The translations under genes were made by a program, and so were the position numbers. From Candidatus Hydrogenedentota bacterium (lineage in GTDB: Bacteria > Hydrogenedentota > Hydrogenedentia > Hydrogenedentales > JAEUWI01), in assembly GCA_034669905.1 (NCBI GenBank), contig JAXMOL010000006.1, positions 32,001-96,000 of the forward strand: DNA of 64,000 bases. Direction: 5' to 3'. Shown one piece after another: positions 18,789-28,323 of the stretch (position 1 is its first letter; each line of letters begins with the position of its first letter). The notes below the pieces were generated by a model, which ran no database searches, had not been told where the DNA came from, and was given only the letters and a program-made list of their open reading frames with translations.

Positions 18789-20891
18789 CTAGCGCCTCCA
18801 CACGAAGGCGGCGGTCTGTTCCAGGGCCAGGAAGACGAGGGCGGCCGTCAGGAAGAAATACCACAGGGGTACGCCTTCACGGAGCGTCCGTAGGGTGCCC
18901 ACGTCGGAGCCGGTCCGCGCATAAAAGGTCTCGCGGGATCGCTGGGCCAGGGACTCCAATTGTTCGACGGTCAGGGCCTCGAGGTTACTCTCCCGGGCGT
19001 CCACATTGACCGCCATGGCGCCCAGTTTCTGCTCTTGGGTGAAGACGGAATAGAAGCCGGTGGTCGGCGTATCGGGAATGATGACCGAGCCCGTGTGACC
19101 GTTCATATCAAGGACCGCGTTAATGGCCTCACCGGCCGGATTGGTGAAGCGCACGGGGGTGGTGGGGTCCTTCAAGGTAACGGAGGTCGAGCAGGGGAGA
19201 CCCGCCACAAAATCGGGGCCCCGTCCGCCACTGTAACCGAGGGCCTTCAGCATTTCATGGACCAGCGGCAGGAAGACCGTACTCTTCTGCAGGTCGCTGC
19301 CTTCGAGTCCGGGGGAGAAATTGGCCAGCAGGAGGGTGCCAAGGCCCAGGGTCGTCCGTGCCAGGGCGATGCTGTCATTGTCGTATTTCAGCAAGACCTG
19401 CCCCTGAGATTCCTCGCGCCGGGTTTCAAAATAGCTGAAGAAATGGAGCTCGGCCAGCGCGCTCGTATCGCGGAATTTTCGGAGCATAGGCTCTTCATAG
19501 TTGGCGGAGGTGAGCATGGCATAGCCCCCCGATTCCGGTGTGATATAGGCACCGGGCTGGAAGGGGAGCTTGACGCCGTTTTCGGTGTCTTTGGACAGGA
19601 GCGCGAGGTTGTCGCGATCGGCCGGTCCGTCGAGGAAGTAGATGATGCGCCCCCCATTGTGGAGGTAGTCGGTCAAAAGGGCTGCGGTGCTGTCCCGAAG
19701 TGCGGCGGCCTGGCAGAGGATGATGGCGTGGGATTGGGCGGTCACGAAGCGGTCCAGGGCATCGGGGGCCATGACCGTAGGGATGAAGACCGCCCTTTCG
19801 TCTCCAGTGGGGTCGAGGGCTGCACGGAGAAAGCGGTGACTCGCCCCCCGTGCGCTATCGGGGGCATCGGTCAGCAGGGTAATGGGGAAGCGGTCGGAGA
19901 CCTGGACACTGACATGGCGTTGGTCGTCTTCCGGCAGGGCTCCGTCGTCCATGGAAAAGGTGCCCTCATAGAGCCCCGGTGCCCCAAAGCGCACGGGGAA
20001 GCTGGCCGTGGCCGTGCTACCCGCCGCAATCTGGAGCTGCCGTTCCTGGTCTTCTTCACCGTCGCAGGCAAAGCGCAGCGCAATTTGTCGGTCCACGGGC
20101 CCGAAATTACTGATGCTGCAGGACATCTCCGCCATTTCACCGACGGCGGGTGTGGTGGGTCGAATGCCCGCTTCCGTGATGGCGAGATTCGTCGTGTCAT
20201 CCGCGGCGACCGAGACAAAGACCGTCTTAACGCTTTCCGGAATGGCCGAAAAGTCCACTGCCGCCCAGTTGCTTCGCTGGAAGTCCGCAATGAAATGGAG
20301 CTCCAAATCGTGGCCCTTCAACGCGTCGAACTGCTCGAGCGCCAGCGCAATGGCCCCGTCAATATCCGCGCGGGCCGCGGTGGCCTGGGACTCCGCGAGG
20401 AAGCGACGCAATGCCGCACGATTCTGTTGGGGCTGGGGAGTTGCCGCACGGGGGACGGCCCCCGCAAGGATGACGTTGGCGAGATCGCTGGCGGCCAGTT
20501 GTCCCAGGGTGGTTTCGGCGGCCACGGTCGCGCGGGCCAGGGGTGAAATGCCTTGGTGGCTGTAGGCCATGCTGAGCGAGGTGTCTACGAGGAGTAGGAC
20601 GGCCCGCGTGCCTTTGGGCGAGGTGCTCGCGGCGAGGGTGCCCTTGGTAAGCACGGGGCGAAGAAAGGCGGCGAGGAGGAGGAGCACAACCAGGGAGCGC
20701 AGCAGCAAGAGCAGGTAATGGCGAATGCGAAAAAGCCGGGACTGGTTGGCCTGGGCCTTCTGGAGAAAGCGCAGGGTGGGGAAGACGACCAACACGGGCG
20801 TCCGCCGTGTCAGCAGATGAATGGCGAGGGGAATGCCCAGGGCCAGCAGGCCTACGAGCAGAAAAGGATTTATGAGCGTGATGCCACCCAT
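18789..20891 (-). CDS. BatA/VWA domain membrane protein
   Basis: NPFLLVGLLALGIPLAIHLL..FPTLRFL (BatA N-terminus), LVDTSLSM, ADFQ, AVNVDARESNL, C-terminal TM. Confidence 0.86.
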   Translation of the reverse strand: MGGITLINPFLLVGLLALGIPLAIHLLTRRTPVLVVFPTLRFLQKAQANQSRLFRIRHYLLLLLRSLVVLLLLAAFLRPVLTKGTLAASTSPKGTRAVLLLVDTSLSMAYSHQGISPLARATVAAETTLGQLAASDLANVILAGAVPRAATPQPQQNRAALRRFLAESQATAARADIDGAIALALEQFDALKGHDLELHFIADFQRSNWAAVDFSAIPESVKTVFVSVAADDTTNLAITEAGIRPTTPAVGEMAEMSCSISNFGPVDRQIALRFACDGEEDQERQLQIAAGSTATASFPVRFGAPGLYEGTFSMDDGALPEDDQRHVSVQVSDRFPITLLTDAPDSARGASHRFLRAALDPTGDERAVFIPTVMAPDALDRFVTAQSHAIILCQAAALRDSTAALLTDYLHNGGRIIYFLDGPADRDNLALLSKDTENGVKLPFQPGAYITPESGGYAMLTSANYEEPMLRKFRDTSALAELHFFSYFETRREESQGQVLLKYDNDSIALARTTLGLGTLLLANFSPGLEGSDLQKSTVFLPLVHEMLKALGYSGGRGPDFVAGLPCSTSVTLKDPTTPVRFTNPAGEAINAVLDMNGHTGSVIIPDTPTTGFYSVFTQEQKLGAMAVNVDARESNLEALTVEQLESLAQRSRETFYARTGSDVGTLRTLREGVPLWYFFLTAALVFLALEQTAAFVWRR

Positions 20892-20899
20892 GCCGTGTG

Positions 20900-21919
20900 T
20901 TACCCCCGTCCCCGTTGGGCCAGAAAGCGCCCCAATACGTCCTGATAGGGCGTCTCTGTCGTAATAAAGGTGTATGCGATATTGCGCGCCCGACAACGGG
21001 CTTCGATGTCTTTCCGGTAGGCCTCCAGCAGGTCCCCATAAGATTGGGCCACATCGTTGGGCTGACAGATGATTTCGTCCCCGGTTTCGGCGTCGATGAA
21101 GTTGGCGTTGGGCACATCGGGGAGCGTCACCTCCTGGGCATGAAGGAGGTGAAAGACGATGATTTCGAAACCCCGGTGCGTATATTGACGGAGGGCGTTG
21201 AAGATGTCATCGGGCTCATCCAAAAGATCCGATACGATGATGACGACACCCCGCTGTTTCAACAGTCCGAAGGCCTTGCGCAGGGCCACCGCCGTGGCGG
21301 TGCCGCCGCCCGGCTTACAGGTTTCCAAGGAGTTAAGCAGGTTGTAGAGATGGCGTACCGTGCCACCCGGTGGCGTAAAGGAGCGGACGTGTTCATCAAA
21401 GAGCACCATGCCCGTCTTGTCACCCTGTTTGATCAGCACATAGGCCAGGGCTGCGCTCAGGTAGCTGCCATACTCCAGCTTGGTAAAGCCCCCGTCGGGA
21501 AGGGCCGGTTGGTTCACCGTGCCACCAAAGGCCATGGAGGCGCTTACGTCGAGCAAAATGGTGGCCGTGAGGTCCGTCTCTTTTTCGAAGAGCTTGACGA
21601 AGTGGCGGTCCGTTCGCGCGTAGGCTTTCCAATCGATACTCCGCAACTCGTCGCCGGGGTAGTACTGCCGGTAGTCCACGAATTCGGGGGAGGCCCCTTT
21701 GAATCGCGAGCGGTGCCGACCGCTGTAATACCCCTCCACGATGGAGCGTGCCGCGAAGAGCAGATTCTTCATGCCGCGGAGCTCGGCGGGCTTCAGGTAT
21801 TTGAACTCCCTGGGCTTCCGCTCCGGCAAGGGTGGGGGGCCCACCTTACGCCGGCGATTCAGGGCAGCGCGCCCGACTTCGATGCGGTTCTTAATGCTTG
21901 TAAGACGGCTGGTCAACAT
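20900..21919 (-). CDS. DUF58 family (VWA-like) protein
   Basis: SGRHRSRFKGASPEFVDYRQYYPGDELRSIDWKAYAR, LDVSASM, IVSDL. Confidence 0.92.
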   Translation of the reverse strand: MLTSRLTSIKNRIEVGRAALNRRRKVGPPPLPERKPREFKYLKPAELRGMKNLLFAARSIVEGYYSGRHRSRFKGASPEFVDYRQYYPGDELRSIDWKAYARTDRHFVKLFEKETDLTATILLDVSASMAFGGTVNQPALPDGGFTKLEYGSYLSAALAYVLIKQGDKTGMVLFDEHVRSFTPPGGTVRHLYNLLNSLETCKPGGGTATAVALRKAFGLLKQRGVVIIVSDLLDEPDDIFNALRQYTHRGFEIIVFHLLHAQEVTLPDVPNANFIDAETGDEIICQPNDVAQSYGDLLEAYRKDIEARCRARNIAYTFITTETPYQDVLGRFLAQRGRG

Positions 21920-22922
21920 GCTCGAGCACCCATTTCACGATATGCCGCGCGGTCAGATCTTCCCCGGTGGCGTTGTAATTGGGGATGACCCGATGTTGGA
22001 GTACCGGCAAGGCCACCTGTTTGACCTCTTCTGCGGAGGGGGCGGATTTCCCTTTGAGCAGGGCCAGGCACTTGGCGCCCAGAATAAGGTACTGGGAGGC
22101 CCGGGGGCCCGCGCCCCACTCGACATAATTCTTGATGTAGGTGGGTGCGTCGGGCGATTTTGGCCGGGTGGCCCGGGCCAGCCGCACGGCATATTCCGTC
22201 ACGTGGCGGGAGACCGGTACGCGGCGCACAAGGCGCTGGTAGGTCATCACGTCTTCGGGACTGAATATGGGCTGGACGACTGCCGGGTCCCCCGTCGTTG
22301 TTTCTTCGACGATAGCACACTCTTCCTCTTCCGAAGGGTAGCCGATATTGATGCTGAACATGAAGCGGTCCAGCTGGGCCTCGGGAAGGGGGTAGGTGCC
22401 CTCGTGCTCGATGGGATTCTGGGTGGCCACCACAAAGAAGGGCTTGGCCAGTGGATAGGTGGTGCCCGCTGCCGTCACCGTGTATTCCTGCATGGCCTCA
22501 AGCAAGGCGGCCTGGGTCTTGGGCGAGGTGCGGTTAATTTCATCGGCCAGAATGAGGTGCGAAAAGATGGGGCCTTTGACGAAGTGCATTATCCGGTCAC
22601 CGGTCTGGGGATCGGTCTGGAGGATTTCGGTGCCGGTAATGTCCGAGGGCATGAGATCGGGCGTAAACTGAATGCGCTTAAAGTCCCAACCCAGGGCCTG
22701 GGCCAGGGTGCGGACCAGGAGGGTCTTGGCCAGCCCGGGGACCCCAATGATAAGCGTGTGCCCCTGGGCGAACATGGCGGTCAAGAGTTGGAGGATTATC
22801 GTTTCCTGGCCGATAACCACCTTGTGGATTTCAGCCCGGAGGAGGTCAAAACGTTCCTGGAAGGCCTTCGCCTGTTCCAGATCGGCCTCCGTAGAGACCG
22901 CGTCCAGTTGCGGTGACGACAT
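21891..22922 (-). CDS. moxR: MoxR family AAA+ ATPase
   Basis: GVPGLAKT, RIQFTPDLMPSDITG, LADEINR, ATQNPIEHEGTYPLPEAQLDRF. Confidence 0.95.
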   Translation of the reverse strand: MSSPQLDAVSTEADLEQAKAFQERFDLLRAEIHKVVIGQETIILQLLTAMFAQGHTLIIGVPGLAKTLLVRTLAQALGWDFKRIQFTPDLMPSDITGTEILQTDPQTGDRIMHFVKGPIFSHLILADEINRTSPKTQAALLEAMQEYTVTAAGTTYPLAKPFFVVATQNPIEHEGTYPLPEAQLDRFMFSINIGYPSEEEECAIVEETTTGDPAVVQPIFSPEDVMTYQRLVRRVPVSRHVTEYAVRLARATRPKSPDAPTYIKNYVEWGAGPRASQYLILGAKCLALLKGKSAPSAEEVKQVALPVLQHRVIPNYNATGEDLTARHIVKWVLEHVDQPSYKH

Positions 22923-23168
22923 TGCTACCCTCCATTCGATATGCGCCAAGATGGCGGTTTCAATAGACGGGACCCCGTGTGTGCCCCTGGTGCATGGAAT
23001 CAATACGCTTTGCGATGCCCTTTTATTCGTTTGCCTGCCGACTTCTCCCTAGCATATAGATAAACGGTGGGATTGGCAAGAACGTTGACCTGTGATGGCA
23101 TGGTGCTGATATGGCACATTGGGGCGTGTGACGATCAACCCGATGGAGGCGCGGTGGTCATCAAGGCG

Positions 23169-23354
23169 CTACTGCTCGAGGGAGCGTGCCTCGCAGTACA
23201 CAATCTCTCCGCCCTCGGCCTCGTATTCGACCTCCAGGGGATTGCAGCAAATCTCGCAGTCGTAGACAAAAGTCTGCGTTCGGACGGAGAGGTCCAGCGG
23301 CACGGCAAAAATCTGCCAGCAGTGGGGACAGGCAATATCGTGGTGGGCTACCAT
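23169..23354 (-). CDS. CPXCG-motif cysteine-rich small protein
   Basis: CPHCW...QTFVYDCEICCNP; GGAG RBS. Confidence 0.82.
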   Translation of the reverse strand: MVAHHDIACPHCWQIFAVPLDLSVRTQTFVYDCEICCNPLEVEYEAEGGEIVYCEARSLEQ

Positions 23355-23410
23355 GGTGTGCTCCCGAGACAGGTGGAAGGGTGATGCAGGGGATTTAAGG
23401 TCAGGCTACC

Positions 23411-23442
23411 AAAAACGGGGAGGATGTGACCATCCTCCCCGT
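23411..23442 (-). terminator. Rho-independent terminator of the RND operon
   Basis: ACGGGGAGGATG-tgac-CATCCTCCCCGT 12-bp stem followed by a T-run on the minus strand. Confidence 0.85.
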
Positions 23443-23467
23443 CGGGTACGTTATCGCTTCTGGGATA

Positions 23468-25054
23468 CTATTCGCTAACGGCGATTGCTTCCCCGGTCGT
23501 CTCGATGGCGTCCGGGTCCCAGCCACCTCCCAGCGCCTTGTAGAGGGAAACGAGATTCACGAGGACGATGCTCTCGCTCTGGACCAGTTGGTCTTCGGTG
23601 GTGAAGAGGTCGCGCTGGGCCTGCAGGGCGTTCAGGAACCCTTCCAATCCGCGGGTGTACCGTTCGTTGGCGAGGAAGACGGAGCGCTTGTTGGCGGCTA
23701 CGGCTTCTTCCAGCGTGCCCCGGAGCACTTGCTCCTGGTTGAAGGCCACGAGGGCGTTCTCTACTTCGGCGAGGGCCAGCATGACCGATTGTTCATAGCG
23801 GATAGCGGCCTCTTCCTGACGGGCATTTTGCACTTCGATGTTGGCGCGGATACGTCCGCCCTGGAACAGGGCCCAATTGACGCTGGGGCCTACGCTACCC
23901 AGGATACTGCCCCCTTCGAGGAGGTTGCCCAGGACATTGCTCTGACTGGAAACCCCACCCGACAGGAAAAATTTCGGGTAGAGATCCGACATGGCCACGC
24001 CGATACGGGCATGCTGTGCCGCCAGCTGACGTTCCGCTACCCGGATGTCGGGACGACGGCGAAGCAGCTCCGTGGGGAGTCCCACGGGAACGGCCGCCGG
24101 TGCCGCAGGCAGGGGGGCGACGGGTTCCAGTTCGGCGAGGAGAAGGCCGGGCTCACCGCCGAGCAAGACTCCCAGACGATAGATGGCACTGGCCACCTGT
24201 TGCTCCAGACGGGGCACCTGTCCCTGGAAGGTCGCCAGAAGCGCCTTGGCGCGGACGGCGTCCAATTCACTGCTGATACCCGCGTCAAAGCGGGCGCCGG
24301 TGAGGTTGACGGTTTCGGCCTGGGCGTCAATGTTTGCCTGGGTAATGGCAAGGCGCTGTTGGGCGGCCCGGAGGTCGATATAGTTCAAGGCCACTTCGGC
24401 CACCAGAGAGACCATGACCTGGCGCTCCGCTTCGATGACGGCTTCCAGGTCGGCGTCCGCCGCTTCCACACTGCGACGGTTTCCACCGAAGACATCCAGC
24501 TCCCATGAAGCATCAAAGCCCGAAGTGAAGAGATCCGTGGTGCGACTGGGCGTACCGCCGGTGGGACTGATGGTCAATGCCGTCGTCCCCCCCCCGGGAG
24601 AGGCCGTTTGGGAGACGGTCACATTTTCACCCCGCACGGTAAGGGTGCGGGAAAGGCCCGTGGGTCCGAAGCCGAGCGTGCCAGAGACGGGCGAGCCGGA
24701 ATCGAAGCTTTGCTCCGGTCCGCGGCTACGGGTGGCCGAGGCGTCAAACCCTACACTGGGCAGGAGGCTCGACGCGGCGATGCCCCGGGCAGCCCGGGCT
24801 TCCCGGACCCGCACCCGGGCGATCTGGAGGTCGAAATTGTCCTCCAGGGCGCGGGCGATAAGTCCGTCGAGTACGGGGTCCTGAAACTGGGTCCACCAGG
24901 TGGCAATATTTACCGGGGTGGCCGTAACACTATCGGCCTTTTCCGATGCCCAGTCGTCGGGCGTGGCAATATCCGGGCGGACATAGTCCGGCCCCGTCAT
25001 GCAGCCCGTGGCCAGGAGGCCCAGGGTTGCGGTTGTGGCTATGAGTCGTTTCAT
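23468..25054 (-). CDS. RND efflux outer-membrane lipoprotein (NodT/OprM family)
   Basis: Lipobox ATGC, GPDYVRP, WWTQFQDPVL, ASWELDVFG, PVGLPTELLRRRPDIR, LYKALGGGW. Confidence 0.95.
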   Translation of the reverse strand: MKRLIATTATLGLLATGCMTGPDYVRPDIATPDDWASEKADSVTATPVNIATWWTQFQDPVLDGLIARALEDNFDLQIARVRVREARAARGIAASSLLPSVGFDASATRSRGPEQSFDSGSPVSGTLGFGPTGLSRTLTVRGENVTVSQTASPGGGTTALTISPTGGTPSRTTDLFTSGFDASWELDVFGGNRRSVEAADADLEAVIEAERQVMVSLVAEVALNYIDLRAAQQRLAITQANIDAQAETVNLTGARFDAGISSELDAVRAKALLATFQGQVPRLEQQVASAIYRLGVLLGGEPGLLLAELEPVAPLPAAPAAVPVGLPTELLRRRPDIRVAERQLAAQHARIGVAMSDLYPKFFLSGGVSSQSNVLGNLLEGGSILGSVGPSVNWALFQGGRIRANIEVQNARQEEAAIRYEQSVMLALAEVENALVAFNQEQVLRGTLEEAVAANKRSVFLANERYTRGLEGFLNALQAQRDLFTTEDQLVQSESIVLVNLVSLYKALGGGWDPDAIETTGEAIAVSE

Positions 25055-28000
25055 GCATCATTCTCCGTGGCCGGTTTTTCAGACGCGGCTTTCGGTTGAG
25101 AATCAGCCTTCGAAGCGGACGTGTCTGCGGACTTGGGTTCCGCTGTGGTTTTCGGCAGGGCCTTCGTCGGGTCGTGCCCGGAGGGCGTGCCTTCGGCGAG
25201 GGCCGGTTTCCGACGGAACCGGAATTCACTGAGTTGCTGGATGATTACGAAAAAGAGGGGCACGAAAATGATCGCCAGGAAGGTGGCCGCAACCATACCG
25301 CCCAGGATGCCCGTGCCGATGGAGCGCCGACCTTCCGCGCCTGCGCCCGTACTGATGGCGAGGGGCAACACACCCAGCGTGAAGGCCAGGGACGTCATCA
25401 GGATAGGACGGAGTCGCAGGCGGGCCGCTTCCATGGCCGCTTCGACCACGGTCTTTCCGCCTTCGTGTTCCGACGCCGCGAATTCCACCAGAAGGATGGC
25501 GTTCTTCGCGGACAGCCCGATGAGGGTCAGCAATCCGATTTGGAAGTAGATGTCTTTGGGCATGCCCAGGACATAGACGGCACCAATAGCGCCAAAGAGG
25601 CCAAAGGGCACGGCCAGAATGACCGCCAGCGGCAGGGACCACTTTTCATACTGGGCTGCCAGCACCAGGAAGACCAGCACCAACCCGAAGGCGAGCACGT
25701 AGGGGGCCTGGTTGCCGGCTTCCACTTCCTGATAGGAAGCACCACTCCACTCAAAGCCATAACCTGCCGGGAGGTGTTCCGCGGCCAGCTCCTTAATGCG
25801 TTCGATGGAGTCACCCGTGCTGAATCCTGCGGCCGGTGTGCCGGTAATCTGCACACTCGGATAGCTGTTGAAACGGGTCACGACGTTGGGGCCGGATTTA
25901 AATTCAAGATCGAGTACTCCGGAAAGTTCCACCATGTCGCCCATGGAGTTTCGTGCGTAGACCCGGCGGATGTCGTCGGGGCTCTGCCGGAACTCGGGCT
26001 CGGCCTGGACCTGTACCCGGTAAATGCGCCCGAACTTCGTGAAGTCATTCACATAAAGAGCACCGAGATAGGCCTGGAGGCTGTCGAAAATTTCCGTCAT
26101 CGGGAGTCCCATGGCTTTCGCACGGGTACGGTCCACATCCACATAGACCTGGGGCTGTCCGATGTTCAGCACGGAATTCAGATTTTCCAACTGGGGATCA
26201 CTCCCCATGGCCGCCATGAATTCCTGCGACACTTCGGCAAGCTTGCGGATATCGCTGATACCCCGGCTTTCGAGCTGGAGTTCAAAGCCTTCGCGCACAC
26301 CCAGTCCGCGGATGGCGGGCGGATTCAGGGCGAGGATGAGGGCGTCTTTATTGCCGCCGAAGCGGCCGAACATGCGCCCGACGATGTTGTTGACGTGATG
26401 CTCCTCGCCGGGTCGGTCCCTCCAGTTCTTGAGATTGACAAACATGACGGCACCGTTTGTGCTTGGTACGAAGCCGGACAGGAAGTCGATGCCGACCAGG
26501 GCCACCATGTGCTCCACTTCATCCTGTTCTTTCAGGAAGGATTCGATCTCTTTGACGACTTCACCGGTGCGGTTCAGGGCGCTACCCTGGGGCAGCTGAA
26601 CGGCTACAATGAAATAGCCCTGGTCTTCCTGGGGCACGAATCCGCCCGGTACCATCCCGAATAAGGAATAGGCCGCGAAGATGACCCCGGCAAACACGAG
26701 GAGGGTCAGGTAGCGGAGCTTGATGGCTATTCCCACGACGGAGACATAGGCCTGGTTGCCCTTGTTGAAGAACCAGTCGAAGGCGCGGAAGGGCGCCCAC
26801 TTTTCGTGGTTGGCCCGCAGCATAATGCGGCACAGGGCCGGGCTCAGCGTTAGGGCCACGACACCGGAGATGGCCACCGAAACGGCAATCGTGATGGCAA
26901 ACTGTCGGTACATGACACCGGTGAGTCCGCCGAGGAAGGCCACGGGGAGGAACACAGCGAGGAGCACGAGCACACTGGCTACCACGGCCCCGAAGATTTG
27001 CTCCGTGGCCTTGATCGTGGCCTCTCGTCGCGAGAGCTTGCCCTCGTGCATGACGCGCTCGACGTTTTCCACCACGAGGATGGCGTCATCCACCACAATA
27101 CCGATGGCCAACACCAACCCGAAGAGGGTGAGGGTGTTGATAGAGAAGCCAAAGGCCATCATGCCCAGGAAGGTACCGATAATGGAGACCGGCACCGCCA
27201 GCAGGGGGATGAGGGTGGCCCGCCAGCTTCCCAGGAAGACGAATACCACCAGGACCACCAGCAACGCCGCTTCAAGCAACGTCTTGATTACTTCCTCGAT
27301 GGAGGCATTGATAAAGCGGGTCGTGTCAAAGGGGATTTCATAGGTCAGCCCTTCGGGGAAGCCTTGCTTCAAAACCAGGAGCTCTGCCTTGACCGCTTCA
27401 AAAGTTGAGAGGGCGTTGGCACCGGGTTGGAGGTAGACCAGGATAGGGACGGTGGGCTGACCGTTGTATCGGCCAAAGGAGTCATAGCTCAGGGAGGCCA
27501 GCTCGACACGGGCCACATCACCCAGGCGAAGAATGGAACCGTCGGGCTCCGCACGCAGGATGATTTCTTCATAATCTTCGGGTTCCGAAAGGCGCCCTTC
27601 GGTAATGACGGGGATGGTAAAGGCCACTTCGCCGTCGTTGGGTGCGGCACCAATACGTCCCGCCGCGAAAAGGGCATTCTGCTCGCGGATGGCGTTGGCC
27701 ACGTCACTGATAGTGAGGTCTTTGGCCGCGAGTTGGTTGGGGTTAAGCCAAACCCGCATGGAGTAATCCTTGCCACCGAAAACGGTGACGTCACCCACGC
27801 CGGGCACCCGCTTGAGGGCATCGAGCATATAGATGGTGGCGTAATTACTCAGGTAGAGGTCGTCCAGGGTGTCATCGGTCGCGCTCAGCGCAACGACCCC
27901 GAGGATGTTATTGGATCGCTTGCTGACCGAGATGCCCTGGCGGGTCACCTCCTGGGGGAGACGGGGCTCGGCCCGCTTCAGGCGGTTTTGCACCTCCACT

Positions 28001-28314
28001 GCGGCAATGTCCAGGTTGGCACCAATCTCAAAGGTACAGACAATACTGAGCTGCCCATTGTTGGTGGTGGTGGACTGGTAATAAAGCAGGTGCTCAATAC
28101 CACTCAGTTCCTGCTCGATCGGGGTGGCGATCGACTCAGACACGGTCTCGGCATCGGCACCGGGATAGTTGGTTTGAATGACGACCGTGGGCGGAGCAAT
28201 CTCGGGCGATTGCTCGACCGCCAGGAAGAGTATGGCTACGGCACCGCACAGCGTAATCACGATAGAGATTACGGCGGCGAATACCGGTCGGTCAATGAAA
28301 AATCGGGCTAGCAT
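25051..28314 (-). CDS. RND efflux permease (HAE1, AcrB/MexF-like)
   Basis: FFIDRPVFA, AIGIVVDDAILVVEN, GLSAKNAIL, RLRPILMTS. Confidence 0.96.
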   Translation of the reverse strand: MLARFFIDRPVFAAVISIVITLCGAVAILFLAVEQSPEIAPPTVVIQTNYPGADAETVSESIATPIEQELSGIEHLLYYQSTTTNNGQLSIVCTFEIGANLDIAAVEVQNRLKRAEPRLPQEVTRQGISVSKRSNNILGVVALSATDDTLDDLYLSNYATIYMLDALKRVPGVGDVTVFGGKDYSMRVWLNPNQLAAKDLTISDVANAIREQNALFAAGRIGAAPNDGEVAFTIPVITEGRLSEPEDYEEIILRAEPDGSILRLGDVARVELASLSYDSFGRYNGQPTVPILVYLQPGANALSTFEAVKAELLVLKQGFPEGLTYEIPFDTTRFINASIEEVIKTLLEAALLVVLVVFVFLGSWRATLIPLLAVPVSIIGTFLGMMAFGFSINTLTLFGLVLAIGIVVDDAILVVENVERVMHEGKLSRREATIKATEQIFGAVVASVLVLLAVFLPVAFLGGLTGVMYRQFAITIAVSVAISGVVALTLSPALCRIMLRANHEKWAPFRAFDWFFNKGNQAYVSVVGIAIKLRYLTLLVFAGVIFAAYSLFGMVPGGFVPQEDQGYFIVAVQLPQGSALNRTGEVVKEIESFLKEQDEVEHMVALVGIDFLSGFVPSTNGAVMFVNLKNWRDRPGEEHHVNNIVGRMFGRFGGNKDALILALNPPAIRGLGVREGFELQLESRGISDIRKLAEVSQEFMAAMGSDPQLENLNSVLNIGQPQVYVDVDRTRAKAMGLPMTEIFDSLQAYLGALYVNDFTKFGRIYRVQVQAEPEFRQSPDDIRRVYARNSMGDMVELSGVLDLEFKSGPNVVTRFNSYPSVQITGTPAAGFSTGDSIERIKELAAEHLPAGYGFEWSGASYQEVEAGNQAPYVLAFGLVLVFLVLAAQYEKWSLPLAVILAVPFGLFGAIGAVYVLGMPKDIYFQIGLLTLIGLSAKNAILLVEFAASEHEGGKTVVEAAMEAARLRLRPILMTSLAFTLGVLPLAISTGAGAEGRRSIGTGILGGMVAATFLAIIFVPLFFVIIQQLSEFRFRRKPALAEGTPSGHDPTKALPKTTAEPKSADTSASKADSQPKAASEKPATENDA

Positions 28315-28323
28315 GGGCGATTC

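Noticed and set aside
16666..18792. Long antisense ORFs (also 18960-20546, 25096-26664, 32785-35085, 50398-51852, 54101-56527)
   Set aside because: Shadow frames of well-supported genes, expected at high GC3; no motifs.
24587..24595. C9 homopolymer as a phase-variation tract in the efflux OMF
   Set aside because: The frame is intact, the run encodes Gly codons, and such runs are unremarkable at this GC content.
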